A stretch of DNA of 64,000 nucleotides from Actinomycetota bacterium (GTDB lineage: Bacteria; Actinomycetota; UBA4738; HRBIN12), in NCBI GenBank assembly GCA_036281075.1, contig DASUPO010000105.1, positions 23,385 through 87,384 of the forward strand, given 5' to 3'. Within the stretch, counting starts at the first letter, position 1, and every line of letters begins with the position of its first letter. The notes under the pieces are model-generated. The model saw nothing but the letters and a program-made list of their open reading frames with translations. It was not told the DNA's origin and made no database searches. Positions 35,692 through 48,466 of this stretch are shown one piece after another. A program made the position numbers and the translations under genes.

Positions 35692-37563
35692 ATGGCACGC
35701 GCCGTTGGCATCGACCTGGGGACCACGAACTCGGTGGTCGCGACCCTGGAGGCGGGAGAGCCCGTGGTGATCCCGAACGCGGAGGGATCTCGAACGAGCC
35801 CCTCCGTCGTGGGCTTCTCGAAGACCGGCGAGATCCTGGTCGGGGAGGTCGCGAAGAGGCAGGCGATCACGAACCCGGACCGGACGGTTCGGTCGGTCAA
35901 GCGACAGATGGGTGACAAGGACTGGTCGGTCTCGATCGACGGGAAGGGGTGGTCCCCGCAGGAGATCTCGGCCCAGATCCTGACGAAGCTGAAGCGAGAC
36001 GCCGAGTCGTACCTCGGGGACACCGTGACCCAAGCGGTGGTCACCGTGCCGGCCTACTTCGATGACGCGCAGCGGCAGGCGACGAAGGAGGCCGGCCAGG
36101 TCGCGGGCTTGGAGGTCCTCCGGATCATCAACGAGCCGACCGCGGCGGCATTGGCCTACGGCCTGGACAAGCAGGACACCGAGCAGACGATCCTCGTCTT
36201 CGACCTCGGCGGCGGCACGTTCGACGTGTCGCTGCTCGAGATCGGCGAAGGGGTCGTCGAGGTCAAGGCGACCCACGGCGACACCCAGCTCGGGGGCGAC
36301 GACTGGGACCAGCGGGTGATCGACTGGCTCGTGGATCGGTTCAAGAACAACTACTCGATCGACCTCTCCAAGGACCGCATGGCCATGCAGCGGCTGAAGG
36401 AGGCCGCGGAGAAGGCGAAGGTCGAGCTGTCGCAGGTGACGGAGACGACGATCACGCTCCCGTTCATCAGCGCGGGTCCCGACGGACCGCTGCACCTCGA
36501 GGAGAAGCTGACCAGGACCGAGTTCGAGCGGATGACCTCGGACCTCGTCGAGCGCTGCCGAGGTCCGTTCGACCAGGCGATCGCGGACTGGGGGAAGGAG
36601 CCGAGCGCGGTCGACCACGTGATCCTGGTCGGCGGCGCCACGCGGATGCCGATGATCCAGAGCCTGGTCCGTGACCTCACGGGCGGCAAGGAGCCCCACA
36701 AGGGCGTGAACCCCGACGAGGTCGTCGCCGTCGGCGCCGCGATCCAGGCGGGCGTGCTGAAGGGCGACGTGAAGGACATCCTCCTCCTCGACGTGACGCC
36801 GCTGACGCTGGGCGTGGAGACGAAGGGCGGGATCTTCACGAAGCTGATCGAGCGCAACACGACGATCCCCACGCGCAAGTCAGAGATCTTCACGACCGCG
36901 GACGACAACCAGACGACCGTCGAGATCCACGTCCTGCAGGGCGAGGCCGAGACCGTGATGTCGCCCGGCGTGAAGTCGCTCGGGCGCTTCCACCTCACCG
37001 GCATCCCGCCGGCGCCTCGCGGCGTCCCGCAGATCGAGGTCGCGTTCGACATCGACGCCAACGGGATCGTGAACGTCAGCGCCAAGGACCTCGCCACCGG
37101 CACGGAGCAGGCGATGACGATCACCGGCGGGACCGCGCTCTCCAAGGACGAGATCGATCGGATGGTCAAGGACGCCGAGGCGTTCGCGGCCGAGGATCAC
37201 CAGCGGCGGGAGGCGGCCGAGGCTCGGAACCAGGCGGACCAGCTGACCTACCAGGTGGAGACCTTCCTGAAGGAGAACGGCGACAAGCTGGCCGACGCCG
37301 ACAAGGCCGAGCTCACGACGTCGAACGACGAGCTGCAGCAGGCACTGAAGGACGAGGCGACGGACGCGGAGACCCTCCGGGCGAAGAGCGAGGCGCTGAT
37401 GCAAGTGTGGCAGCGCGCCGGTCAGTCGCTGCACCAGCAGGCCGCGCAGGAGCAGCAGGCCGCCGCCGCAGGCGGCGGCGAGGAGGCCTCGGCGCCGTCC
37501 GACGCGGATGGCGACGAGGACGTGGTGGAAGGCGAGATCGTGGACGAGGGAGGTGGTTCTTGA
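35692..37563 (+). CDS. dnaK: Chaperone DnaK (Hsp70)
   Basis: [37 protein letters not shown] at 35675-35681. The upstream 82 codons of the track ORF are non-coding (they cover the repeat region). Confidence 0.97.
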   Translation: MARAVGIDLGTTNSVVATLEAGEPVVIPNAEGSRTSPSVVGFSKTGEILVGEVAKRQAITNPDRTVRSVKRQMGDKDWSVSIDGKGWSPQEISAQILTKLKRDAESYLGDTVTQAVVTVPAYFDDAQRQATKEAGQVAGLEVLRIINEPTAAALAYGLDKQDTEQTILVFDLGGGTFDVSLLEIGEGVVEVKATHGDTQLGGDDWDQRVIDWLVDRFKNNYSIDLSKDRMAMQRLKEAAEKAKVELSQVTETTITLPFISAGPDGPLHLEEKLTRTEFERMTSDLVERCRGPFDQAIADWGKEPSAVDHVILVGGATRMPMIQSLVRDLTGGKEPHKGVNPDEVVAVGAAIQAGVLKGDVKDILLLDVTPLTLGVETKGGIFTKLIERNTTIPTRKSEIFTTADDNQTTVEIHVLQGEAETVMSPGVKSLGRFHLTGIPPAPRGVPQIEVAFDIDANGIVNVSAKDLATGTEQAMTITGGTALSKDEIDRMVKDAEAFAAEDHQRREAAEARNQADQLTYQVETFLKENGDKLADADKAELTTSNDELQQALKDEATDAETLRAKSEALMQVWQRAGQSLHQQAAQEQQAAAAGGGEEASAPSDADGDEDVVEGEIVDEGGGS

Positions 37564-37985
37564 TGCTCGCCAGGATGGATCCGTTCCGCGACCTGCGGAC
37601 GGCGGAGGACGAGTTCGACCGGCTCATGGGGCGCGCGTTCTCGCGGGACACATGGATGCCCGCGCTGGACGTGCGCGAGTCGGACGATCGGTTCGACGTG
37701 AAGGTCGATCTGCCGGGGCTCGATCCGAAGGACGTCAACGTGACGTTCGAGGACGGCATGCTCACGGTCAGCGGCAAGCGGCAGTTCGAGTCCGAGGACA
37801 CGGGCGAGACGTGGCACCGCGTCGAGCGCGGGTTCGGGACGTTCGCTCGCTCGATCCGGTTGCCGCAGACGGCGGACACGGAGCGGATCGAGGCGTCCTT
37901 CGAGAAGGGCGTGCTCACGGTCGTCGTGCCGAAGTCGGAGCAGGCCAAGCCGAGGACGATCCAGGTCAAGGCGGAGGGCTCGTGA
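37563..37985 (+). CDS. Hsp20/alpha-crystallin family small heat-shock protein
   Basis: 140 aa. PALDVRESDDRFDVKVDLPGLDPKDVNVTFEDGMLTVSGKR..GVLTVVVPK. Its ATG shares one nucleotide with the dnaK TGA (TGATG). Confidence 0.9.
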   Translation: MLARMDPFRDLRTAEDEFDRLMGRAFSRDTWMPALDVRESDDRFDVKVDLPGLDPKDVNVTFEDGMLTVSGKRQFESEDTGETWHRVERGFGTFARSIRLPQTADTERIEASFEKGVLTVVVPKSEQAKPRTIQVKAEGS

Positions 37986-38602
37986 CCGACGAACGGCACG
38001 AAGATCGGCGGGAGGAGGCGGCCGCGCGGCAGGCGGCCGCCTCCGACCCGCCCGACGGATCCCAGGACACCGAGAGGGAGATCGCCGACGCCTTCGACAG
38101 CCGGCCGCCGGACGTCGGCGAGGCCGACACCCAGGTCGCCACGGAGGAGCGCGAGGACCCGCTGGCGGCCGCCCGGGGCGAGGCGGCCCAGTACCGGGAG
38201 CACCTGCAACGGCTCCAGGCGGAGTTCGAGAACTACCGCAAGCGGGTGCTCCGCGAGCAGACGCAGGCGGTGGACCTGGCCGCCCGGCCCGTGATCGCGC
38301 GGCTGCTGGAGGTGCTCGACGACTTCGACCTCGCGCTGATGCACGCTCAGGACCGGCCGGACTTCGACCGGTTCCTGCACGGTGTCGAGCTCGTGTACGC
38401 GAAGCTCGTGGACACGCTCCGCGCCGAGGGGCTGGAGCGGATCGAGGCGCGGGGCAAGCCGTTCGACCCGGAGTTGCACGAGGCGCTGATGCAGTCGGGC
38501 GAAGGCGACGGCGACCCCGTGGTGGCCGACGTGCTCCGACCCGGGTACACGATGAAGGGCCGGGTCCTTCGGCCGGCCGGGGTGCGGGTGGAGAGGCAGT
38601 GA
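37982..38602 (+). CDS. grpE: Nucleotide exchange factor GrpE
   Basis: LQRLQAEFENYRKRVLRE..GKPFDPELHEAL..GYTMKGRVLRPAGV. GTGA overlap with hsp20. Confidence 0.93.
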   Translation: MTDERHEDRREEAAARQAAASDPPDGSQDTEREIADAFDSRPPDVGEADTQVATEEREDPLAAARGEAAQYREHLQRLQAEFENYRKRVLREQTQAVDLAARPVIARLLEVLDDFDLALMHAQDRPDFDRFLHGVELVYAKLVDTLRAEGLERIEARGKPFDPELHEALMQSGEGDGDPVVADVLRPGYTMKGRVLRPAGVRVERQ

Positions 38603-38605
38603 TCG

Positions 38606-39757
38606 ATGGCGGACGAGGTTCGCAGGGAGTGGTTCGAGAAGGATTACTACGCCGTCCTCGGCGTGCCCAAGAACGCGAGCCAGCCGGAGATCCGCAAGGC
38701 GTACCGGAAGCTCGCGCAGCAGCATCACCCTGACACCCGCGCCGGCGATCCCGCGGCTGAGGAGCGCTTCAAGGAGATCTCCGCCGCGTACGACGTCCTC
38801 GGCGACGAGGAGAAGCGCACGGCGTACGACCGCGTCCGCGAGATGGGCCCGTCGGGGTTCGGCCCCGGCTTCGGCGGGCCGCGGGGAGCCGGCTGGTCGG
38901 ATCCATCCGGATGGCCGGGCGGCGTCCGGTACGAGCAGGTCAACGTCGAGGACCTCTCCGACCTGTTCGGCGGACTCTTCGGCGGAGCCTCGCGCCGCGG
39001 GCGCTCGGGCGGCCCCCGACGAGGCGCGGACCTCGAGACGCGGATCACGGTGCCGTTCGAGGAGACGATGATCGGCACGACGGTCCCCGTCCGGATCGAC
39101 GGTGGCGCGCCCTGCTCGCGATGCGGCGGCATCGGCGCGGAACCGGGGACGAGCCCGACGACGTGTCCGACCTGCGGCGGCCGAGGAGAGATCGCGGAGA
39201 ACCAGGGGTTCTTCTCGATGTCGCGGCCCTGCCCGACGTGCGGCGGATCGGGTCGGCAGATCGAGACGCCGTGCACCCGGTGCGGGGGGTCCGGCGCGGA
39301 GCGCCGGACCCGCACGATCAAGGTGAAGATCCCCGCCGGCGTGAAGGACGGGGCCCGGATCAGGCTCGCCGGGAAGGGCGAACCGGGCCCGGTGGGCGCG
39401 CCGGCCGGGGATCTGTTCGTCCGGGTGCACGTCCCGCGTCATCCGGTGTTCGGCCGGCGGGGAGACGACCTGACGGTGGATCTGCCGATCACGTTCCCGG
39501 AGGCGGCCCTCGGGGCCAACGTCGAGGTGCCGACCCTGAACGGTCCGGTGAAGCTGAAGATCCCCGCGGGGACGCCGTCCGGCAAGACGTTCCGGGTCCG
39601 CGGCCGTGGCGCGCCGAGGAAGGGTGGTCACGGCGACCTCCTGGCCAGGGTACGGGTGGACGTGCCGGAGAAGCTCTCGCGGGAGGAGAAGGACCTGTTG
39701 AGGCAGCTGCGCGAGGCGACCGACGACTCGCCTCGGAAGCGGCTGGGGGTGAGCTGA
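38606..39757 (+). CDS. dnaJ: Co-chaperone DnaJ
   Basis: J-domain DYYAVLGV..YRKLAQQHHPD, a G/F region, and four CxxCxGxG repeats. Confidence 0.95.
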   Translation: MADEVRREWFEKDYYAVLGVPKNASQPEIRKAYRKLAQQHHPDTRAGDPAAEERFKEISAAYDVLGDEEKRTAYDRVREMGPSGFGPGFGGPRGAGWSDPSGWPGGVRYEQVNVEDLSDLFGGLFGGASRRGRSGGPRRGADLETRITVPFEETMIGTTVPVRIDGGAPCSRCGGIGAEPGTSPTTCPTCGGRGEIAENQGFFSMSRPCPTCGGSGRQIETPCTRCGGSGAERRTRTIKVKIPAGVKDGARIRLAGKGEPGPVGAPAGDLFVRVHVPRHPVFGRRGDDLTVDLPITFPEAALGANVEVPTLNGPVKLKIPAGTPSGKTFRVRGRGAPRKGGHGDLLARVRVDVPEKLSREEKDLLRQLREATDDSPRKRLGVS

Positions 39758-39767
39758 GGAGGCATGC

Positions 39768-40181
39768 ATGTTCGATCCGGATGACGGGCGGCCCATCGGC
39801 GGCGCGGACGACCGGGCGGTCTACATCATCAGCGTGGCGGCGGAGATCGCCGGCGTGCACCCGCAGACCCTGCGGATCTACGAGCAGAAGGGGCTCGTCC
39901 AGCCGCACCGGACGCGGGGCAACGTCCGCCGCTACTCGGAGGCGGACATCGTCCGGCTGCGCCGCGTCCAGGGCCTGACCGCGCGCGGGGTGAACCTCGC
40001 AGGCGCGAAGCGGATCATCGAGCTGGAGGAGGAGATCGGGCTGCTCCGCGAACAGGTGGCGCAGCTGGAGGCGATGCTCGAGGATCGGCCGATCCCGATG
40101 CCCGGCCGCCGCACGAGCGTGGAGATCCTGCCGATCGCGAGCGTCCTGCGACCTCCGTGGACGCGGGGTCGCCGCCGGTGA
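39768..40181 (+). CDS. hspR: Heat-shock repressor HspR (MerR family)
   Basis: [47 protein letters not shown]. Its position after dnaJ is as in other actinobacteria. Confidence 0.9.
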   Translation: MFDPDDGRPIGGADDRAVYIISVAAEIAGVHPQTLRIYEQKGLVQPHRTRGNVRRYSEADIVRLRRVQGLTARGVNLAGAKRIIELEEEIGLLREQVAQLEAMLEDRPIPMPGRRTSVEILPIASVLRPPWTRGRRR

Positions 40182-40701
40182 CTCGAACGGTCTCGCTCCG
40201 GCCGCTCCAGGCGGCGGACGTCGACGCCCTCTGGGCGGCGAGGACCCGCTCGACGGAGCCCTGGGCCGACACGAGCGACGCGGCGCTCCGGAAGCTCCGG
40301 GAGCGAGTGACGGGCAGCGGTCGGGTGACGAACGGGGAGCTGCTGCTCGGGATCGTCGCGAACGGCGAGCTGGCCGGCGAGGTGCAGGCTCGACAACCCG
40401 AGATGGGACTGCCCCCGGGCGTGTTCGAGATCGGGATCGAGATCTTCGATCCGGCGGCCCGCGGCGGCGGCATCGGGAGGCGGGCGCTCGCCCAGTTCGT
40501 CGCGCATCTGTTCGAGGAGGAGCACGCGCACCGCGTCCAGCTGACGACCGACGTCGACAACGTCGCGATGCGGCGGGTAGCGGAGCGGCTCGGGTTCGGA
40601 CGGGAGGGGACGCTGCGGGGATTCATGCCGTCCGTGACCGGACCGCGCGACTACGCGATGTACGGGATCACGAGAGAGGACTACGAGGAGGTGAAGGACC
40701 G

Positions 40702-40720
<19 letters not shown>
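40178..40720 (+). CDS. GNAT-family N-acetyltransferase (RimJ/RimL-like)
   Basis: [47 protein letters not shown] 40178 (GTGA overlap with hspR) is preferred; the track start is 40157. The 3' end overlaps clpB by 19 nt. Confidence 0.75.
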
Positions 40721-43305
<2,585 letters not shown>

Positions 43306-43378
43306 CCGCGGCTTCCTCCACGATGGGCGAGCCGGCGCCGATACTCCTCTTAGGGCGGACTCCCGAGGAGGCGTGTCG

Positions 43379-44143
43379 GTGAAGGTGCGGACGAGCCGGT
43401 CGATCCTGATCGTCCTCGCGGCCGTCTTCCTGGGCGGGATGGTGGTCCTCGCGCTCGGCGGCGACCGTTCGGCTCGCCGCGAGCTGCCGGCGCAGTTCGC
43501 GGCCTGGACGACGGTCGGCCTGATCGTGTTCGCCGGCTGGTGGTTCAGGGTGCGACCCCGGCGGGAGCTCCACCGGGAGGAGGCACGATCGCTCCGCCTC
43601 CGCTCGGCGCCGGGAGACGTGTTCGGCTTCCTCGACCGGCCCTTCGCGCTCCTCCGCGAAACGGCGACCGCGAAGGACATCGAGAACACCTCCTGGGGGA
43701 CCTGGCGCGGGCTGGACGTGACCGTCTTCGACTACTGGCTCGCGCGATCGAGCGATCCGTCGGGGGACGACTTCGAGCACTTCACGTGCGCCTCGACGCC
43801 CGTGCCCGCGGACTGGCCCGACATCGCGATCGTGCCCTCGCGAGGCGCGGGCTGGGTCTCCGACGTCGTCTCGGGGCGAGGGATCGAGTTCGAGCTCGAG
43901 CGGTTCAACCGGGCCTTCGACGTGCGGTGCATCGATCGACGGTTCGCGTACGCGCTGGTGGACGCGCGGATGATCGAGTGGCTCCTGGGCCTCCCCGTCG
44001 GGACCGGGTTCGAGATCGCCGGCGGCACGCTGCTCGCGCGGACGCCGCGTCCGACCTGGGACGACGTGGCCTCGTCCCTGGGGACGATGGCCACCTTCCT
44101 GGACCGCATCCCCCCGGTCGTCGCCTCGGTCTTCGGCAGCTGA
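43379..44143 (+). CDS. Membrane protein, DUF3137-like (paralogue 1)
   Basis: Two N-terminal TM helices, then GTWRGLDVTVFDYW..IEFELERFNRAFDVRCIDRRFAYALVDARMIEWLL. GTG 43379 sits 8 nt after GAGGAGG. The family assignment is from memory of the ExxxFxxxFxV motif. Confidence 0.6.
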   Translation: MKVRTSRSILIVLAAVFLGGMVVLALGGDRSARRELPAQFAAWTTVGLIVFAGWWFRVRPRRELHREEARSLRLRSAPGDVFGFLDRPFALLRETATAKDIENTSWGTWRGLDVTVFDYWLARSSDPSGDDFEHFTCASTPVPADWPDIAIVPSRGAGWVSDVVSGRGIEFELERFNRAFDVRCIDRRFAYALVDARMIEWLLGLPVGTGFEIAGGTLLARTPRPTWDDVASSLGTMATFLDRIPPVVASVFGS

Positions 44144-44183
44144 CGCTCCCCTCCAGCGGTGTGGCGGTCGATACTTCGCTCGG

Positions 44184-44867
44184 ATGGAGACCTGGTTCCC
44201 GCTCGTCTTCCTGGCGTTCGTCGCTGCGGTCGTGGCGATCGGCGTCCTGTCGCACCACGCCAGGATCCGGCGGCAGCGGGAGCTGATGGCGCTCGCGCAC
44301 GCGCACGGTCTCGACTTCGCGATCGACGATCCATTCGGGACGCTCGGCGAGCCGTTCACGCTGTTCGCGAAGGGCGACGGCCGCGGGGTCGAGAACGTCC
44401 TGTGGGGGACGTGGCAGGGGCTCGACGTCCGGGCCTTCGATCACTGGTACTACGAGGAGTCGACCGACTCGAACGGCAGGAGCTCCCGGAGCTACTCGCG
44501 CTTCAGCTGTGCGCTCGTGCCCGTCGACGCGGCCTGTCCCCGGCTCGCGATCGCCGAGGAGAACGTGCTCACCCGCCTCGCCGACGCGCTCGCGTTCCAC
44601 GACCTCCGGTTCGAATCGGAGGAGTTCAACCGCCGGTTCACCGTGCGGAGCGACGACGAGCGGTTCGCGAGCGCGCTCGTGGACGCCCGGATGATGGCCT
44701 GGCTGTTGCATCACGGCGAGGGCTACGCGTTCGAGGTCATCGGGAACCGCGTGCTCTGCTGGACCCGGCGCGTGTCCCCCGCGTCCGTCGTGCACCTGCT
44801 CGGGACGACGAAGGGGTTCCGCGGGCAGATCCCGGACGTCGTGAGGTCCCTCTACCCGAACGGGTAG
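44184..44867 (+). CDS. Membrane protein, DUF3137-like (paralogue 2)
   Basis: One TM helix, then GTWQGLDVRAFDHWY..LRFESEEFNRRFTVRSDDERFASALVDARMMAWLL. Clearly paralogous to 43379..44143. Confidence 0.6.
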   Translation: METWFPLVFLAFVAAVVAIGVLSHHARIRRQRELMALAHAHGLDFAIDDPFGTLGEPFTLFAKGDGRGVENVLWGTWQGLDVRAFDHWYYEESTDSNGRSSRSYSRFSCALVPVDAACPRLAIAEENVLTRLADALAFHDLRFESEEFNRRFTVRSDDERFASALVDARMMAWLLHHGEGYAFEVIGNRVLCWTRRVSPASVVHLLGTTKGFRGQIPDVVRSLYPNG

Positions 44868-44898
44868 GCTTCGACGGACCCTGACGGAAGGAAGCGCG

Positions 44899-45603
44899 GT
44901 GGAAGTCCTCCTGGTGGTGCTGGGGATCCTCGTCGTCCTCGCGATCGTGGGCGTCGTGTCCTACAACCGGTTCGTCCAGCAGAAGAACCTGATCCGGGAC
45001 GCGTGGGCCAACATCGACACCGAGCTTCGCCGTCGGTACGACCTGATCCCGAACCTCGTGGAGACCGTGCGTGGCTACGCCGCGCACGAGCGCGAGGTGT
45101 TCGAGAACGTGACCCGGGCCAGGGCGGCGGCGACCGGTGCCACCGGATCGCCGGCCGAGCAGGCCGCGGCGGAGGGACCGCTCGTGGCCGCGCTCCGCCA
45201 GCTGTTCGCCGTGGTCGAGAACTACCCGGACCTGAAGGCGAACCAGAACTTCCTCGCGCTGCAGGCGGAGCTCACGAACACCGAGGATCGGCTCCAGACG
45301 GCCCGGCGCTTCTACAACGCGAACGTGCGGGACTACAACGAGCGCGTCCAGTCGGTGCCGTCGAACATCATCGCCAACATGTTCAACTTCGAGCTCGAGG
45401 AGTTCTTCGAGGTCGAGGAGGCGCTCCGCGGCGACGAAGGCGTCCCGCGCGTGAGCTTCGAGGCGGGAGCGCCGGGCGTGTCGTTCGGCTCGCCGGCCTC
45501 TCCCGCCGCGGCGCCCCCGGCGACGCCGCCCGCGGGGTCGGCGCCTCCGCCGCCACCCGAGGCAGCGCCGCCGCCGCCTCCGCCGGGCGGATCCACGACC
45601 TGA
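44899..45603 (+). CDS. lemA: LemA family protein with a Pro-rich C-terminal extension
   Basis: TM helix followed by YNRFVQQKNLIRDAWANIDTELRRRYDLIPNLV..ENYPDLKANQNF..RRFYNANVRDYN. The tail reads PAAAPPATPPAGSAPPPPPEAAPPPPPPGG. Confidence 0.88.
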   Translation: MEVLLVVLGILVVLAIVGVVSYNRFVQQKNLIRDAWANIDTELRRRYDLIPNLVETVRGYAAHEREVFENVTRARAAATGATGSPAEQAAAEGPLVAALRQLFAVVENYPDLKANQNFLALQAELTNTEDRLQTARRFYNANVRDYNERVQSVPSNIIANMFNFELEEFFEVEEALRGDEGVPRVSFEAGAPGVSFGSPASPAAAPPATPPAGSAPPPPPEAAPPPPPPGGSTT

Positions 45604-45697
45604 GCTCGTCGCCGGCGGAGCTTCGGCCGTTTCGTCCCTCCGCGGAGGGGGAATCTCGTACCTGACGACGTTCCCGATCGCGAGGAGGAGACCCCCG

Positions 45698-45853
45698 ATG
45701 TGTGCCAACTGCGGCTGTGGGATCCCCGAGGAGACACACGGTGACGACCGGAACATCAAGTGGAGCGAGGTCGTCGCTTCGGCGGAGGCGAACGATCTCT
45801 CGCCGGCGGACGCGATCCGCAACATGCAGACCATGGCGGAGCAGCAGGGCTAG
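45698..45853 (+). CDS. 51-aa Cys-rich small protein (not in the ORF track)
   Basis: ATG preceded by GAGGAGGAG, with 8 nt from GGAGGAG to the ATG. Sequence: MCANCGCGIPEETHGDDRNIKWSEVVASAEANDLSPADAIRNMQTMAEQQG. GC3-rich codons match the neighbouring genes. It fills the gap between lemA and the convergent MFS gene. Confidence 0.55.
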   Translation: MCANCGCGIPEETHGDDRNIKWSEVVASAEANDLSPADAIRNMQTMAEQQG

Positions 45854-45855
45854 CG

Positions 45856-47163
45856 TCAGCTGATCGTCGGCACCCGTTCCGCTTCCGGGCGCTCCGGTTC
45901 GGGCTCGGAGGAGGGGCCGAGCCCGGCCCTGCGTACGCCGCGGCTCAGCACGTACCACACCCCGGCCCATGCCAGGGCCACGCCGCCGAGGATCGCCACG
46001 GTGATGCGCACGCCGATCCGATCGGCCGCGACCGACGCGATCAGCGCCGAGATCGACAGCGACAGCGTGATCAACATGTAGTCGAAGCCGAAGATCCGAC
46101 CGCGGATCCGGTCGGGGACCAGGACCTGGAGGCCGTACGTGGAGAGCATCCACTGCGAGCCACCGCCGAGGTGCGCGACGCAGATCGTCACGGCCGCGAT
46201 CGCGAGCGACGGGGCGGCGCCGAGCGCCATGTAGGACATGCCGAAGACGGCCAGGGACAGGCCGATCGCCGGGAACAGTCGGCGGTGGCCGGGCCCCGCG
46301 ATGCGGTGGCCGAGGAACGGACCGATCAGCGCCCCGAAGCCGCGCGCGGCCATCAGGATCCCGAAGCCGATGTTGCCCGACTCGAACACGCTGAGCGCCA
46401 TCACGGGGATCAGGGCGAGGAGCCCGGCGGCGGCCCCGAACCCGAACTTCACCGCGAGGAGGGAGAGCACCCGGTGGTCCCGGCGCGCGAACGCCCACGT
46501 CTCCCGCGTCGACTCGACGATGCCCGGATGCTCCTCGTGCGCTTCCCGCCGCTCCGACAGGCTTCGCCGGATCGACGCGAGGAGCGCGGCCGACACGACG
46601 AAGGAACCGGCGTCGACCAGGAACGCCGTGTCGGCTCCGAACGTCGCGCTGATCACGCCGCCGAGCCCCGCCCCGACGGCGAGCATCGTCCCCCAGAGCG
46701 AGCCGTTCAGCGCGTTGGCCGCGGGGAGGTCCGCGGGATCGACGAGGTTCGGCGTGGCCGCCGTCGAGGCGGGGTCGAACGGCGCCGCGAAGGCGGCCAG
46801 CACGGGCAGCAGGACGTACGCCAGCCAGATCGTGTCGGGCCCGACGAGGAGGAACGCGAGGCAGACGACCGCGCGGACGACGTCGCAGACGATCATCAAC
46901 TTCCGCCGGTCCAGTCGGTCGGCGAGGTGGCCGCCGATCGGCGACGCGATGAAGAACGCCGATTCCTGCGCGAGGATCGCGAGCCCCACGTAGAGCGCCT
47001 GGTTCGTCGCCTCGAAGATCATGCCGTTGATCGCGACCCACAGGAACCAGTCGCCGCCGAGGGAGATCACCGAGGCGAAGAACAGCGCGCGGAAGTCGCG
47101 GTTCCGTCGCAGGAGCGACACGCTCGAGCGGAACCCCGCGACCGGCGCGGGCGCCGACGTCAC
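45856..47163 (-). CDS. MFS transporter
   Basis: 435 aa, about 12 TM helices, with a DRLDRRKLM-type loop between TM2 and TM3. GTG start. Confidence 0.85.
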   Translation of the reverse strand: MTSAPAPVAGFRSSVSLLRRNRDFRALFFASVISLGGDWFLWVAINGMIFEATNQALYVGLAILAQESAFFIASPIGGHLADRLDRRKLMIVCDVVRAVVCLAFLLVGPDTIWLAYVLLPVLAAFAAPFDPASTAATPNLVDPADLPAANALNGSLWGTMLAVGAGLGGVISATFGADTAFLVDAGSFVVSAALLASIRRSLSERREAHEEHPGIVESTRETWAFARRDHRVLSLLAVKFGFGAAAGLLALIPVMALSVFESGNIGFGILMAARGFGALIGPFLGHRIAGPGHRRLFPAIGLSLAVFGMSYMALGAAPSLAIAAVTICVAHLGGGSQWMLSTYGLQVLVPDRIRGRIFGFDYMLITLSLSISALIASVAADRIGVRITVAILGGVALAWAGVWYVLSRGVRRAGLGPSSEPEPERPEAERVPTIS

Positions 47164-47164
47164 G

Positions 47165-48367
47165 CTACCGGACGATCGGGCCGATCCACAGACCCGACAG
47201 CAGGAACGTCACCGGCAGGAGGAAGAGCACGGCCACGAACGCCAGCAGGCGCCGGTTCGACGCCACGAGGTAGTCGTCGAGGCGGATCACGGACCGCTTC
47301 ACCGGTTGGTACCAGAACGCGAGGATCGCGAGGGAGACGATCGTCACGCCGATCGCCTCGGCGAGGACGATCTGCGCCGCGACGGGGTCGCTCTGGAGCA
47401 TCGAGACCACGAGGGTGTCGGCCAGCGTCGTGATGTTCGCGCCCATGATGTAGGGCAAGGCCTCGTCCCGGCGCACGTACCCCTTGACCGCCAGCGGGAT
47501 CAGGACCGTGAGCGCCACGGAGACGGACAGCGTGAGCGTGGCCACGATGCACCCGAGCGCGAACATCGTCCAGGGACGCCGGAGCCACCCCGCTCGCCGC
47601 ACCGTCCGCGATTCGCTGTTCACCCGGGGGAGCACGAGGTCCAGGATCTTGAACGACGCGAGGATCACCAGGAGCCCCACCAGGAACAGCAGCGCGTCCG
47701 GGACGAGGGCGTTGATCGCCCGGACCGTAGGTCCCCAGATCACGGACAGCGTCGCCTCGAGCTCCCCGGACGCGTGGAGGTTCACCCCGTCCAGCAGCCC
47801 GCTCCGGAGGATCCAGTAGCCGAGGATCATCCCCGGGATGTAGACCAGGGCCGTCATCGTGAGGGCCTGGATCCCCATCCCGATCGGCTCGGTCCGGTTC
47901 GGGTCGGTCCGGTTCCGGAGCGCGTAGAGGAACCCCGCGAGGAGGACGATGAACGATGCGCCCAGCCGGGAGCCGGACAGCATCGTGAACGTCTGGAGCT
48001 TCGTGAGCGTGCCCGCGCCGAACAGGCTGACCGCCGTGGCCGCGACCGGCGATCCCGACAGCACGAAGTAGGCGCCCAGCCAGCCGAAGCCGAGCGTGGA
48101 GATCCCGTTCGCGAACGGGAACTGGCCCTCGATCTGGGGGCCGATCGCCGCCGCGCCCGCCTTCATGAGCTGGATCGCCAGGATGAACAGGAACGTCGCC
48201 GGCAGGAACAGGAGCACCTTGCGGACGATGTACCAGGAGCTGCGGGGCGGCTCGAACGGTCCCCAGTCGACGACGTGGCGAGCCTCGTTGATCTCGTGGG
48301 GGACGCAGAACTCCCCGTCGATCTCCACGAGCTGCTCGAGCTCGAGCTCTTCCCTGTTCTTGGTCAC
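47165..48367 (-). CDS. Na+/phosphate symporter-family (PNaS-like) membrane protein
   Basis: 400 aa, polytopic. Contains the duplicated family-type motifs LSGSRLGASF and GANITTLADT. Confidence 0.6.
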   Translation of the reverse strand: MTKNREELELEQLVEIDGEFCVPHEINEARHVVDWGPFEPPRSSWYIVRKVLLFLPATFLFILAIQLMKAGAAAIGPQIEGQFPFANGISTLGFGWLGAYFVLSGSPVAATAVSLFGAGTLTKLQTFTMLSGSRLGASFIVLLAGFLYALRNRTDPNRTEPIGMGIQALTMTALVYIPGMILGYWILRSGLLDGVNLHASGELEATLSVIWGPTVRAINALVPDALLFLVGLLVILASFKILDLVLPRVNSESRTVRRAGWLRRPWTMFALGCIVATLTLSVSVALTVLIPLAVKGYVRRDEALPYIMGANITTLADTLVVSMLQSDPVAAQIVLAEAIGVTIVSLAILAFWYQPVKRSVIRLDDYLVASNRRLLAFVAVLFLLPVTFLLSGLWIGPIVR

Positions 48368-48451
48368 GCAGCTCCCTGTTCGGGTTGGGGCGGAACGGCC
48401 ACGCTACCGGGGTTCCCCGGCTCGGACAATAGCCGGGCGTCCGCCTCCCGC

Positions 48452-48457
48452 TAGACT
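48452..48457 (+). promoter_or_regulatory. Candidate -10 box (TAGACT) 9 nt before the purA ATG
   Basis: TAGACT-N9-ATG with no SD. Confidence 0.35.
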
Positions 48458-48466
48458 CCGGCGCAG

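Noticed and set aside
45636-45649. The 14-nt perfect palindrome CCCTCCGCGGAGGG after lemA as a terminator.
   Set aside because: With no loop, at most a 5-bp stem can form, and there is no U-tract. It is too weak to call.
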